Shown here: in pieces, positions 46,067 to 55,330 of the stretch | How positions within the stretch are numbered: the first letter of the stretch is position 1 | How the letters are laid out: each line of letters begins with the position of its first letter | Source of the DNA: an uncultured Bacteroidales bacterium | Lineage (GTDB): Bacteria; Bacteroidota; Bacteroidia; Bacteroidales; FEN-979 | DNA: 64,000 nt | Assembly (NCBI GenBank): GCA_903925275.1 | Contig: CAIYES010000104.1 | Coordinates: 450 to 64,449, forward strand | Direction of reading: 5' to 3' | Notes under the pieces: model-generated | The model's input: the letters and a program-made list of their open reading frames with translations, nothing else | Databases searched by the model: none | Told to the model about the DNA's origin: nothing | Program-made: the position numbers and the translations under genes

Positions 46067-48226
46067 ATGAAAAACAAACTGATTCTTTTTCCTTTAACAA
46101 AAGATAGCTTTAAGGGATCAAATTTCCTTAAAAGTTTAGTTTTTATTTTATTCTCCATGATAATTTTTACCGCTGATGTTTTTGGCTCTGGAGGCAATAT
46201 AATGCATATTTACCGTTGGAGAAATGATGATGGGTCTGAATCTGCTGCAACCTGGAAAGCGGCAGAAAACACCGTTGCAACAGTAAGTGCAGCAAATACC
46301 AATTTCAGGTTAAGGATTGCACATTCCGCAGTTAATTTTGACCCGGGGTCTCCTGGTGGGTATTCCTTACAATATTCGATAGACCAAATTGACTGGACTA
46401 CCATAACTACAGACCGAACTACCAATGCATTTGCATTGTCCCCTACTACTTATTTTAATGACGGAGATGCTACTACAAATCAATTATTTACTTTAGATTT
46501 TACACCATGGTATTGCATTTCGTCTTCTGAACCATCTCCGGCTCCAGTTAGTACTACTGCCGGAAACGAATTGGAATGGTGCTTGCAAGCCACCACCAAC
46601 GCAATTGCAGGTACACCGTATTATTTTAGGACTATAAATGCTAATTCGGCAGTTACCTATGATGTAATTGCATCCCTTTATTTCGGAATCACCACCTGGG
46701 ACGGATCCGAAAGCAGCGACTGGAATACGCCAGGTAACTGGAGCAGCAATGCTGTGCCGACTTCGGCAGATGATATATTAATTCCCAATTCGGTTTCTAA
46801 TTATCCAACGCTTACTGCAGCCGGCGCCTGCAATAATATTACCATGCAAAGCGGCGCTTCGCTCCTTGGCAATGCCTTTTTAACGGTAAGCGGTGCAGCT
46901 ACGGTTGATCGTGCTATCCCGGGCACAAGCCACGCATGGCATTTTCTATCTTCGCCAGTGGCAACGCAGGCCATCAGCCCTGCTTTTACGACTGACCCTC
47001 CAAACTCATACGACTTCTTTGCATGGTATGAGCCGACAGGTATATGGGTTAATTTTAAAAACACCACAACTGCTCCAACGTGGACTACTGCGAATGGGAA
47101 TACCAATTTTACAACATGCAAGGGTTATCTGGTTGAATATACAGGCACAGGGCTTACCAAACAATTTACAGGTAGCCTTAACTCCGGAAGCAAAACGCTT
47201 ACGATATCAAAAGCAGGTTCAGGTACGTATGCCGGGTACAACCTTGCAGGAAACCCTTATCCTTCGGCCATCGACTGGAAAGCTGCAAGTGGCTGGACAA
47301 GAACAGCATTGGTGTCAAGTGGCGGCGGTTATGATATAAGCATCTGGAATGATGCTGACGGACAATATGGTTCATATAACAGCGCCTCGTTGAGCGACAA
47401 CGGATCACACAACGTTACACGATATATTGCCGTTGGTCAGGGTTTTATGGTAAAAGCAGCGCTTCTGAAAAATGTTGACTTTCCGAACCCCCCTCTATTT
47501 ATAGCTATGAATGACGCAGTAAGGGTACACAATACCCAGCCTTACCTTAAATCAACCGAAGCAATCGCAAATATTCTTCGCCTGAACGTTACGGGAGAAG
47601 TAAATACCTGGTCCGATGAAATCATTATTGAATTCGGGCACCAAACTGCTGATGGCGGCGCCGAAAAAATGTTCAGCTTTTACGAAACTGCACCCAGCCT
47701 TTACACCGTAAAGCCTGAAGGGAACTATTCGATCGACTTCAGGGGCGAACCCGGCGCAGTTACCATCCCGGTCAGTTTCAAGGCAGGCGCCGATGGCAAC
47801 TATACGATTACGGCAAGCCAGCTTGAATCGTTTACTTCGTCCGCTGCCATTACGCTTGAAGATTTGAAATTGGCCAAAACCCAAAACCTCATGCAAAATC
47901 CGGTTTATGCTTTTTCCGCAACCGCAACTGATGCTGAAGCCCGTTTCCTGCTGCATTTTGGCGGAACTTTCAGTGTTGACGATCATGGAAACAGGCAGCC
48001 GTTCAACATTTATGCTTCCGGCAGTTCGGTTTACATTGCCAATCATTCGGGTGTAATGTTAAAAGGCGAGGTGATCGTTTACAACATGATCGGTCAACCC
48101 ATGTTGCGGCAGCCGCTTGGCGAAAACGCATTAACGAAAATCAGCCTCAGCGGATGCACCGGATATTATCTGGTCAAGGTGTTGACCGGTGAAAATGTTT
48201 ATTCAGTTAAGATTTTTATTAATTAA
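46067..48226 (+). CDS. Secreted T9SS cargo protein, C-terminal ~430 aa paralogous to 41136-44345
   Basis: Signal/anchor segment. Shared block from AWHFLSSPVATQAISP through the identical-type T9SS tail VIVYNMIGQPM...GYYLVKVLTGENVYSVKIFIN. Confidence 0.85.
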   Translation: MKNKLILFPLTKDSFKGSNFLKSLVFILFSMIIFTADVFGSGGNIMHIYRWRNDDGSESAATWKAAENTVATVSAANTNFRLRIAHSAVNFDPGSPGGYSLQYSIDQIDWTTITTDRTTNAFALSPTTYFNDGDATTNQLFTLDFTPWYCISSSEPSPAPVSTTAGNELEWCLQATTNAIAGTPYYFRTINANSAVTYDVIASLYFGITTWDGSESSDWNTPGNWSSNAVPTSADDILIPNSVSNYPTLTAAGACNNITMQSGASLLGNAFLTVSGAATVDRAIPGTSHAWHFLSSPVATQAISPAFTTDPPNSYDFFAWYEPTGIWVNFKNTTTAPTWTTANGNTNFTTCKGYLVEYTGTGLTKQFTGSLNSGSKTLTISKAGSGTYAGYNLAGNPYPSAIDWKAASGWTRTALVSSGGGYDISIWNDADGQYGSYNSASLSDNGSHNVTRYIAVGQGFMVKAALLKNVDFPNPPLFIAMNDAVRVHNTQPYLKSTEAIANILRLNVTGEVNTWSDEIIIEFGHQTADGGAEKMFSFYETAPSLYTVKPEGNYSIDFRGEPGAVTIPVSFKAGADGNYTITASQLESFTSSAAITLEDLKLAKTQNLMQNPVYAFSATATDAEARFLLHFGGTFSVDDHGNRQPFNIYASGSSVYIANHSGVMLKGEVIVYNMIGQPMLRQPLGENALTKISLSGCTGYYLVKVLTGENVYSVKIFIN

Positions 48227-48246
48227 TTATCAAAACAACATGTCAT
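47613..48246 (+). repeat. Direct repeat copy 2 (colinear with 43732-44365)
   Basis: See copy 1. Confidence 0.9.
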
Positions 48247-48472
48247 GAAAAAACTACACAAACCCCTCATGTTCTCGCTGCTGATGCTCTTTTTCCTCTT
48301 GTCTGCCCAAACCGGCATTACCCAGCCTCCCCCGCCGGCTGATCAAGGCTCCAATAGCAACAAAGCCCCCAGCGGTGGCGGCGCGCCCGTCGACGGAGGG
48401 TTGTACATTGCATTGGCCATGGTGGCAGGTTTTGGCGCCTGGAAGTGGGTTAAGGCAGAAAAACTTCGGTAA
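48245..48472 (+). CDS. Mini secreted protein with C-terminal sorting-signal-like tail
   Basis: 75 aa: Sec signal peptide (LMFSLLMLFFLLSAQ), P/G/S-rich linker, motif APVDGG, one hydrophobic helix (LYIALAMVAGFGAW), and basic tail KWVKAEKLR. Starts 19 nt after the upstream stop. Its 3' end overlaps the convergent Uma2 gene by 23 nt. Confidence 0.45.
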   Translation: MKKLHKPLMFSLLMLFFLLSAQTGITQPPPPADQGSNSNKAPSGGGAPVDGGLYIALAMVAGFGAWKWVKAEKLR

Positions 48473-49049
48473 GGTCAATTTCAAGATCGCCATTGAAGAT
48501 ATTTACCGGGATTTTATCATCGCCGGCGTAGAGACCTTTAAATTGGAATTTACCGTTTTCATCTAAAACAAAAACGTTCACAGTTTCATCGTTGGGACTT
48601 ACTATCCAGTATTCGCGAACGCCGTTTTCCTCGTAGATGTCAAATTTATCCCGGGTATCTCGTTTTGAATCTTTTGCCGATATAATTTCGATAATCATAT
48701 CAGGTGCACCCAGACAACCGCGCGCATCAATTTTCGACAGATCGCAAACAATATATAAATCGGGTTGAAGAACTGTGTAAACCTGCTTATCGCTTTTTGA
48801 ATCTTTGTTTTTTGGAAACCGGACATCAGAAGGAGCTGCAAATCCCTTACAATGTTTTTTAAAAAGATAATTGCCAAACAATCTCGAAAGATTAAATGAA
48901 ATTTCCTGATGCTTTGCCGACGGCGACGGGGTCATCAGTTTGATAAAGCCATCGAATAATTCCCGCCTCACATTATCCATCCAAGTAAGGTAATCGGCGT
49001 AAGAATAACGTTTGCTGTGGTCTAAATTGAGGGTGTCCATGATTTTCAA
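48450..49049 (-). CDS. Uma2-family (DUF820) putative endonuclease
   Basis: YSYADYLTW, ELFDGFIKLMTPSPSAKHQ, PDLYIVCD, APDMIIEIIS and YEENGVREYWIV match the Uma2 pattern. Confidence 0.8.
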   Translation of the reverse strand: MKIMDTLNLDHSKRYSYADYLTWMDNVRRELFDGFIKLMTPSPSAKHQEISFNLSRLFGNYLFKKHCKGFAAPSDVRFPKNKDSKSDKQVYTVLQPDLYIVCDLSKIDARGCLGAPDMIIEIISAKDSKRDTRDKFDIYEENGVREYWIVSPNDETVNVFVLDENGKFQFKGLYAGDDKIPVNIFNGDLEIDLTEVFLP

Positions 49050-49267
49050 TATTACGTTTCACAAAGATATAATTTTGGTATGTATTGTTGATCTGAAAAG
49101 ATAGCGGAATATGAAAAACCGATTGGATATTCCAGGAATATCGCCGGTATCGTGACTCCTATCACCTGTTACGCATCACCCTTCACGTTTTTATTTAGGA
49201 AACCGGTAATTATCTTTCAGAATATCAGACGGTAATAATTTAGAATATTTCCAAAAGAATCTTTTAT

Positions 49268-49275
49268 TAACTTTG
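49268..49275 (+). promoter_or_regulatory. Candidate -7 promoter box TAACTTTG for the hdr-flx cluster
   Basis: Exact TAnnTTTG match 35 nt upstream of the hdrC ATG. Confidence 0.4.
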
Positions 49276-49309
49276 TGCTGTTAATTCATTAACAATACAA
49301 ACAAGTATT

Positions 49310-49879
49310 ATGATAACACTTGGAACACAGGGAAAAAACACATTTCTGGAAGCCGTAAACGTTAAGAGCGGCGCCAATGTGCTGGAATGTTATCAATGCG
49401 GCAAGTGTGTTTCTACCTGCCCGGTTTCACAATACATGGATTTTCCGCCCCGCGAGATTATGCAGATGATCAAGCTGGGGCTGCGAAATGAGTGTTACAT
49501 GGCCAACTCACACTGGTTCTGTCTCACCTGTTCGGCCTGCTCAGGGCGGTGCCCGCGTGAAATCGACATTCCGGCGGTAATGGAAGCCGTGCGCCACCTG
49601 GCCATTGAGGAGAACACTATCAACACGTCAACAAAGGTGAAGGAGATCCGCAAATTCCATCAGATCTTCCTGGAAATGATCAAACGGTATGGCCGCAATT
49701 ATGAGCTCCGCATGATGGCCGAGTTCAACATCCGTACCCGGAACCTCTTCAAGGATATGCACCTGGCGCCCAAAGCCTTGTTGAAAGGCAAAATCCCACT
49801 GGGGGTTAAACCGCTTAAGAGCGCCAAAGCCATCAAGCGCATGTATGAAATTGCCGAAAAACTGGAAAAGAAAAAATAA
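49310..49879 (+). CDS. hdrC: Heterodisulfide reductase subunit C-like 2x[4Fe-4S] protein
   Basis: CYQCGKCVSTCP and CLTCSACSGRCP. Confidence 0.85.
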   Translation: MITLGTQGKNTFLEAVNVKSGANVLECYQCGKCVSTCPVSQYMDFPPREIMQMIKLGLRNECYMANSHWFCLTCSACSGRCPREIDIPAVMEAVRHLAIEENTINTSTKVKEIRKFHQIFLEMIKRYGRNYELRMMAEFNIRTRNLFKDMHLAPKALLKGKIPLGVKPLKSAKAIKRMYEIAEKLEKKK

Positions 49880-49890
49880 CCTGACCTACA

Positions 49891-50835
49891 ATGAAGAAAT
49901 TAACCTATTTCCCGGGTTGTTCAGCACATGGTACCAGTGAGGAATTTGACAGTACCCTCAAGCTGGTACTCAAAACCTTAGATGTGGAACTGGAGGATAT
50001 TCCCGATTGGAATTGCTGCGGCGCCACTTCTGCCCATGTGATGACCGAAAACCTGGCTTTAGCGCTTCCGCTGCGCAACCTGGTGCTGGCCGAAAAACTG
50101 GAAAACACCACCATGGGAATTGCCTGTGCATCCTGCTATCAGCGTATGAAGGTAACCAAGGTGCACATGGATGAAAATCCCGAGTTGGCCAAACGGATCA
50201 ACACCACTGTGGTAGAAGAGGGAACCTATCAGGGAAAGGTCGATGTGAAATCGATGCTGCAGTACGCCTACGAAGATATCGGCCTTGAAATCATCAAAAG
50301 CAAAGTAACCAAACCGCTTACCGGGTTGAAAGTGGCCTGCTACTATGGTTGTCTGCTCACCCGTCCTAAAAATATCACCCAATTCGATTCCCCTGAATAT
50401 CCGGTCAGCATGGATCAGATTTGTGAGGCATTGGGCGCCACGGCTACCGAATTTGATTACAAGACCGAATGTTGCGGCGCCTCTTTCTCCATTTCAAACA
50501 CCGAGGTGGTGGTGAACCTGAGCGGTCAGATCCTGGCGATGGCCAAAGAGAGCGGGGCACATGCCATTGTGGTTGCCTGCCCGCTTTGCCAGTCGAACCT
50601 CGATATGCGTCAGCCCGACATTGAAAAACTGCAAGGTATTAAATACGACATCCCTGTCTTTTATTTCACGCAACTCATGGCGCTTGCTTTCGGATATCCG
50701 ATTGACCAGTTGAAGTTTCCAAAACACATCGTTCCGGTTGAAGGCGCCTTGGCCAACATCGGTAAGGTTGTCCCCGTGCCTGAGAAAATTAAGAAACCCA
50801 TCAAAGCTGTTGAAGCAGAAAGCGAGGTTAAATAA
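49891..50835 (+). CDS. hdrB: Heterodisulfide reductase subunit B-like protein (two CCG domains)
   Basis: PGCS...NCCGA and YYGCLL...ECCGA...CPLCQSNLD. Confidence 0.88.
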   Translation: MKKLTYFPGCSAHGTSEEFDSTLKLVLKTLDVELEDIPDWNCCGATSAHVMTENLALALPLRNLVLAEKLENTTMGIACASCYQRMKVTKVHMDENPELAKRINTTVVEEGTYQGKVDVKSMLQYAYEDIGLEIIKSKVTKPLTGLKVACYYGCLLTRPKNITQFDSPEYPVSMDQICEALGATATEFDYKTECCGASFSISNTEVVVNLSGQILAMAKESGAHAIVVACPLCQSNLDMRQPDIEKLQGIKYDIPVFYFTQLMALAFGYPIDQLKFPKHIVPVEGALANIGKVVPVPEKIKKPIKAVEAESEVK

Positions 50836-52808
50836 TGGCAAGAGTAGGAGTATTCGTTTGTTTTTGCGGCGCCAACATTGCCGATTATGTTGATGTTCCC
50901 CAGGTTGTTGAAGAGGTAAAACGCATCAGGGATGTCAAATATGCCATTGAATATAAGTACATGTGTTCCGATCCGGGGCAGGGGATGATCCGTGATGCCA
51001 TCGTGCAGTACAAACTCACCTCCATCGTGGTAGCGGCCTGTTCGCCTCGCATGCATGAAAAGACCTTCCGCAAGGCCCTGTCAGATGCCGGCATGAACCC
51101 TTATCTTCTGGAGGTTGCCAACATCCGGGAACACTCATCCTGGGTTCATCAAAAGGATAAAAAAGCTGCCACGGAAAAGGCCATGGACCTTTGCCGCATG
51201 GCTGTTGCCAAATCAATTGCCAACGAACAATTGCATGAAATTTCGGTACCGGTAACCAAACGCGCCCTGGTGATCGGAGGCGGGATTGCCGGTATTCAGG
51301 CAGCGCTCGACATTGCCGATGCCCGCATTCCGGTTGTTTTAGTTGAGAAAAGTCCATCCATCGGGGGGAAAATGGCTCAGCTTGATGAGACCTTTCCAAC
51401 CCTCGACTGCTCGCAATGCATTCTTACCCCGAAAATGGTTGATGTAGCTTCCCATCCTTACATTGAACTCATTCCTTACGCAGAGGTACTTGAATTGCAG
51501 GGGTTTGTCGGCAACTACAAGGTCAAGATCAAAAAGAAGGCATCCTATGTGAACTTCAAAACCTGCACCGGTTGCGGCGCCTGCTGGCAGAAATGTCCCG
51601 TAAAGGTTCCCAACGAATACAACATGGGCATTGATAAACGGAAAGCGATTTATACGCCATTTCCACAGGCAGTACCGAACAAACCGGTAATTGATGCCGA
51701 ACACTGCACCATGCTGTTAAAAGGAAAATGCGGCATCTGTGCCAAGGTATGCCTGCCGGGAGCAATCGACTACAAGATGGAGGATGAGATTATCGAACGC
51801 GAGATCGGTGCTGTCGTTGTGGCAACAGGTTACGATATGTGGGATCCCAAACCTTATGAAGAATATGGTGTGGGCCGTTTCAAGGATATTATCACTTCGC
51901 TCGAATTCGAACGCATGGTGTCGGCCAACGGCCCGACCAACGGTGTGCCTGTTCGTCCATCCGACGGTAAAGTGCCAAAGAACGTGGTCTTTATCAAGTG
52001 CATCGGATCGCGCGACGAAGCCAAAGGCATTGAGTACTGCTCAAAGATTTGCTGCATGTATACCACCAAACATACCATATTGCTGCACCATAAAGTACAC
52101 GATTCCCATTCCTATGTCTTCTACATGGATATCCGTGCAGCCGGCAAGGGCTACGAGGAATTTGTCAAAAAGGCGCAGGTTGACACTGGTGCCACCTATC
52201 TCCGGGGCCGTGTTTCAAAGATATACAAGAAGGGTGATAAACTGATGGTTCGGGGTGAGGATGCCCAGATCGGTCAGGTAGTGGAGGTGGAGGCCGACCT
52301 TGTTGTGCTGGCCACTGCCGTGATCGCTCCCAAGGACAATCCGGATCTCGCCCGTTTGCTAGGCATCTCCTACGATAAATATGGTTATCTGTCGGAAGCA
52401 CATCCCAAACTTCGGCCAGTTGAAACAGCGAAGGCAGGGATTTTCCTGGCCGGTTGCACCCAGGCGCCCAAAGATATTCCCGACACCGTTTCACAAGCTT
52501 CGGCCTGTGCGGCCAAGGTTTGCGGTCTATTTTCCGGCGACACCATGAAGAAGGATCCGATGGTATCCACCATCTCTAACGAATATTGTTCGGGGTGTCA
52601 GAACTGTGTGAAAGTTTGTCCTTACGGCGCCATCGTAACAGATGAAGTTCCCGTCGGACACGGTTCAAAGGAACTGCGTACCGTTGCCAAAATCAATGAA
52701 GGCGTTTGCCAGGGTTGCGGATCCTGTGTGGCGATATGCCGCAGTATGGCCATCACACTGGCCGGATTTACTGATCCTCAAATCATTAACGAGATAGTTT
52801 CAATCTAA
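50835..52808 (+). CDS. hdrA: Heterodisulfide reductase subunit A-like flavoprotein
   Basis: VGVFVCFCGANI, FAD fold VIGGGIAGIQAALD, GGKMAQLDETFPTLDCSQCILTPKM, and several ferredoxin CxxCxxCxxxCP motifs. Confidence 0.92.
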   Translation: MARVGVFVCFCGANIADYVDVPQVVEEVKRIRDVKYAIEYKYMCSDPGQGMIRDAIVQYKLTSIVVAACSPRMHEKTFRKALSDAGMNPYLLEVANIREHSSWVHQKDKKAATEKAMDLCRMAVAKSIANEQLHEISVPVTKRALVIGGGIAGIQAALDIADARIPVVLVEKSPSIGGKMAQLDETFPTLDCSQCILTPKMVDVASHPYIELIPYAEVLELQGFVGNYKVKIKKKASYVNFKTCTGCGACWQKCPVKVPNEYNMGIDKRKAIYTPFPQAVPNKPVIDAEHCTMLLKGKCGICAKVCLPGAIDYKMEDEIIEREIGAVVVATGYDMWDPKPYEEYGVGRFKDIITSLEFERMVSANGPTNGVPVRPSDGKVPKNVVFIKCIGSRDEAKGIEYCSKICCMYTTKHTILLHHKVHDSHSYVFYMDIRAAGKGYEEFVKKAQVDTGATYLRGRVSKIYKKGDKLMVRGEDAQIGQVVEVEADLVVLATAVIAPKDNPDLARLLGISYDKYGYLSEAHPKLRPVETAKAGIFLAGCTQAPKDIPDTVSQASACAAKVCGLFSGDTMKKDPMVSTISNEYCSGCQNCVKVCPYGAIVTDEVPVGHGSKELRTVAKINEGVCQGCGSCVAICRSMAITLAGFTDPQIINEIVSI

Positions 52809-53296
52809 TGGAAGCAGAAGTAAAAGATCAACTTGTAAGCATTGAAAAGCCCGGATTGATTGCACCTCCCAACTGGGAACCGGTAATCATGGGCATTCTG
52901 TGTAACTGGTGTTCCTATGCAGGATCAGACCTCACCGGAACCTCCCGGATCCAGTATCCGCCCAACATCCGCATCATCCGTGTTCCCTGTTCGTCGCGTG
53001 TTGACCCGTGGTTTCTGATAAAATCGCTGCAAACCACAGCCGATGGCGTGCTTGTTTCGGGATGTCACCCGGGCGACTGTCACTACATCAGCGGGAATTA
53101 TTATGCCCGCCGCCGCTTCTTAGTCACGAAAAAACTGCTGAATTTCGTGGGTTTTCACGAAAACAGAATACAGTTTTCCTGGGTTTCTGCCGCCGAAGGC
53201 CCCAAGTTCGCCAAGGTGGTTGCTAAGGTTACCGATGACATCAAAAAGCTCGGACCGCTTCATTTGTATAAAAAAGAAAATTTCGAAAAGAAATGA
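52808..53296 (+). CDS. flxD: MvhD/FlxD-type [2Fe-2S] protein
   Basis: LCNWCSYAGSD...IRVPCSSRV...VSGCHPGDCHY is the MvhD delta-subunit signature. Confidence 0.88.
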   Translation: MEAEVKDQLVSIEKPGLIAPPNWEPVIMGILCNWCSYAGSDLTGTSRIQYPPNIRIIRVPCSSRVDPWFLIKSLQTTADGVLVSGCHPGDCHYISGNYYARRRFLVTKKLLNFVGFHENRIQFSWVSAAEGPKFAKVVAKVTDDIKKLGPLHLYKKENFEKK

Positions 53297-54165
53297 ACTA
53301 CACGAAACAGATCCAGGACATTGCGGCGAAGCTTTTTGCTGAAGGAAAGATCGACGTGTTCGTTGGTTACCGCATGAACGGTTTCGACGACAACCAGGTT
53401 CCGGTGCTAATCACCGATCCGCAGGATGTTTCCAAACTGGTGTTCACCGATAAATCGGTTTTCAACCTGGTGAACTACCTCAAAAGCGATCACACCCGCA
53501 GAAAACGGGTAGGATTGGTGGTAAAGGGATGCGACAGCCGTTCACTGAACCTGATGCTGACCGAAAGCCAGGTGAAACGGCAGAATCTCTACATAATCGG
53601 TATAGCATGTGAAGGCGTTGTGGATGATGCCGGGCAAAAGATGCAAAATTGCACCGAATGCGTGGTTCCCGATGCAGTGGTATTTGATGAATTGTTGGGT
53701 GGCACCCTGTCAGGGTCCCTGACCCTGACAGGGTCTAAACCCTACCAGGTTAATGCCGACGTCACCGCCCTGGCTGCCATGCCACTGACGGAACGTGCCG
53801 CCTATTTCGAAGAGGTGTTCGAAAACTGCATCCGGTGCAATGCCTGCCGTCATTCATGCCCGCTTTGTTATTGCGCCAAATGCTGCATCGATCAGGAAAC
53901 CGCCACCCTGTACAATGGCGCCAATACCACCTCCAGCGCTTTTCATGCGCTGATGACATGGTCGCTTCATCTGGCAGGCCGTTGTGTCGATTGCCGCAAC
54001 TGTGAAAAGGCCTGTCCGAGCCATCTGCCGTTGCATCTGCTGCACAAGCAGAACGAAAGTGTGATCTATGAGAACTTCCAGGAGCACTTGGCCGGGGTAA
54101 TTCCGGAAGACCGTGGTGCATTCTACAAATACAGTCTGAAAGATCCCGACGATTTTATCATGTAA
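53293..54165 (+). CDS. flxC: FeS protein, FlxC-like (4Fe-4S dicluster)
   Basis: CIRCNACRHSCPLCYC and CVDCRNCEKACP. Position follows mvhD as in hdr-flx clusters. Confidence 0.6.
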   Translation: MNYTKQIQDIAAKLFAEGKIDVFVGYRMNGFDDNQVPVLITDPQDVSKLVFTDKSVFNLVNYLKSDHTRRKRVGLVVKGCDSRSLNLMLTESQVKRQNLYIIGIACEGVVDDAGQKMQNCTECVVPDAVVFDELLGGTLSGSLTLTGSKPYQVNADVTALAAMPLTERAAYFEEVFENCIRCNACRHSCPLCYCAKCCIDQETATLYNGANTTSSAFHALMTWSLHLAGRCVDCRNCEKACPSHLPLHLLHKQNESVIYENFQEHLAGVIPEDRGAFYKYSLKDPDDFIM

Positions 54166-54180
54166 ACCGAATTATAACTT

Positions 54181-55254
54181 ATGAACTTTTCAACCTTTGT
54201 TACCGATAAAGCCGGCTTGCACAAATTCTATGAAGACATCATGGCCAGCCATGAAACTTTTGCACCGGTAGAAAAATTCGGCAAATTTGATTTTAAAAAG
54301 GTGACCAGTCTTTCGGAATGTGATCCCGAATCACCCATCGCGAAAACCCTGAGCATCAAGCCTCTGTTCTTTCCACGGTCGGCCAAAGTAATGAAATATG
54401 TTGCCACCAGCAGCGGAACTGACGTTAGTGAAACAGATGAAGATCACCTGGCCGGCAATCGCGTAATCCTTGGGGTTAAACATTGCGATGCCCGCAGCCT
54501 CCAGGTTCTCGACAAGGTGTATAACTGGGATTATATCGATACCGATTATCAGAAACGCCGTGAGAATACCGTGATCGTCTCGACCCGTTGCGACAAAGCC
54601 GAAACCCATTGTTTCTGCACCTCGCTCGATTACGATGTTGAAAATCTCGATGCCCTCGATGTGGTTGTCGTTAATGGAACTGAAGGGAAGATTTACATCA
54701 AGGCAAGAACCGAAAAAGGGGAGACCTTTATTAGCGGAATGAACATCGACAACCGGCTATCGAAAAATGAGTGGCGAAAGGCGGATGACAAGACAGCCGG
54801 AGAGATTAAGACACAATATGAATCTTTTGCAGGTTCGTTCCGCCTGAAGATGGATTACAAGGAGGTAAATGAGAAACTTTCAAAAATATTTGACACCCCC
54901 GAATTTGAAAATGTTTCGGGAAACTGCATAAGTTGCAATACCTGTGCATTTGTTTGTCCCACCTGTCATTGCTTTAAGATCTCAGACGAAAAGGTGAAAG
55001 ACACCGGCGTGCGCTACAAAAGCTATGACTCATGCAACAATGGATATTTCACCCTGATGGCCGGTGGGCATAATCCCCGCCCGGTGAAGTACCGGAGGTG
55101 GAGGCAGCGTGCCATGCATAAATTTGTATATTACAAAGAACGCTTTGGTGTGAACCTGTGCGTGGGATGCGGCAAATGCACCATTTCCTGTCCTGTGAAC
55201 ATCAGCATCTTTGAGGTGGTGAACCAGGTCTCTGCAGCTTCAATGCAGGAATGA
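54181..55254 (+). CDS. flxB: FeS protein, FlxB / AsrA / HydB-like
   Basis: CISCNTCAFVCPTCHCF and CVGCGKCTISCP. Its size and partner gene resemble sulfhydrogenase beta / anaerobic sulfite reductase A. Confidence 0.65.
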   Translation: MNFSTFVTDKAGLHKFYEDIMASHETFAPVEKFGKFDFKKVTSLSECDPESPIAKTLSIKPLFFPRSAKVMKYVATSSGTDVSETDEDHLAGNRVILGVKHCDARSLQVLDKVYNWDYIDTDYQKRRENTVIVSTRCDKAETHCFCTSLDYDVENLDALDVVVVNGTEGKIYIKARTEKGETFISGMNIDNRLSKNEWRKADDKTAGEIKTQYESFAGSFRLKMDYKEVNEKLSKIFDTPEFENVSGNCISCNTCAFVCPTCHCFKISDEKVKDTGVRYKSYDSCNNGYFTLMAGGHNPRPVKYRRWRQRAMHKFVYYKERFGVNLCVGCGKCTISCPVNISIFEVVNQVSAASMQE

Positions 55255-55258
55255 AAAC

Positions 55259-55321
55259 AATGCAAACAATGCAAACAATGCAAACAATTTTCACCATTTC
55301 ACCATTTCACCATTTCACCAT
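55259..55321 (+). repeat. Two adjoining tandem arrays in the flxB-flxA spacer: AATGCAAAC x3 (55259-55285) and TTCACCAT x4 (55290-55321)
   Basis: Read in register. Degenerate units (AATGCAGGA, ATGAAAAC) extend back over the flxB stop codon. Confidence 0.95.
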
Positions 55322-55330
55322 TTAATTCCT

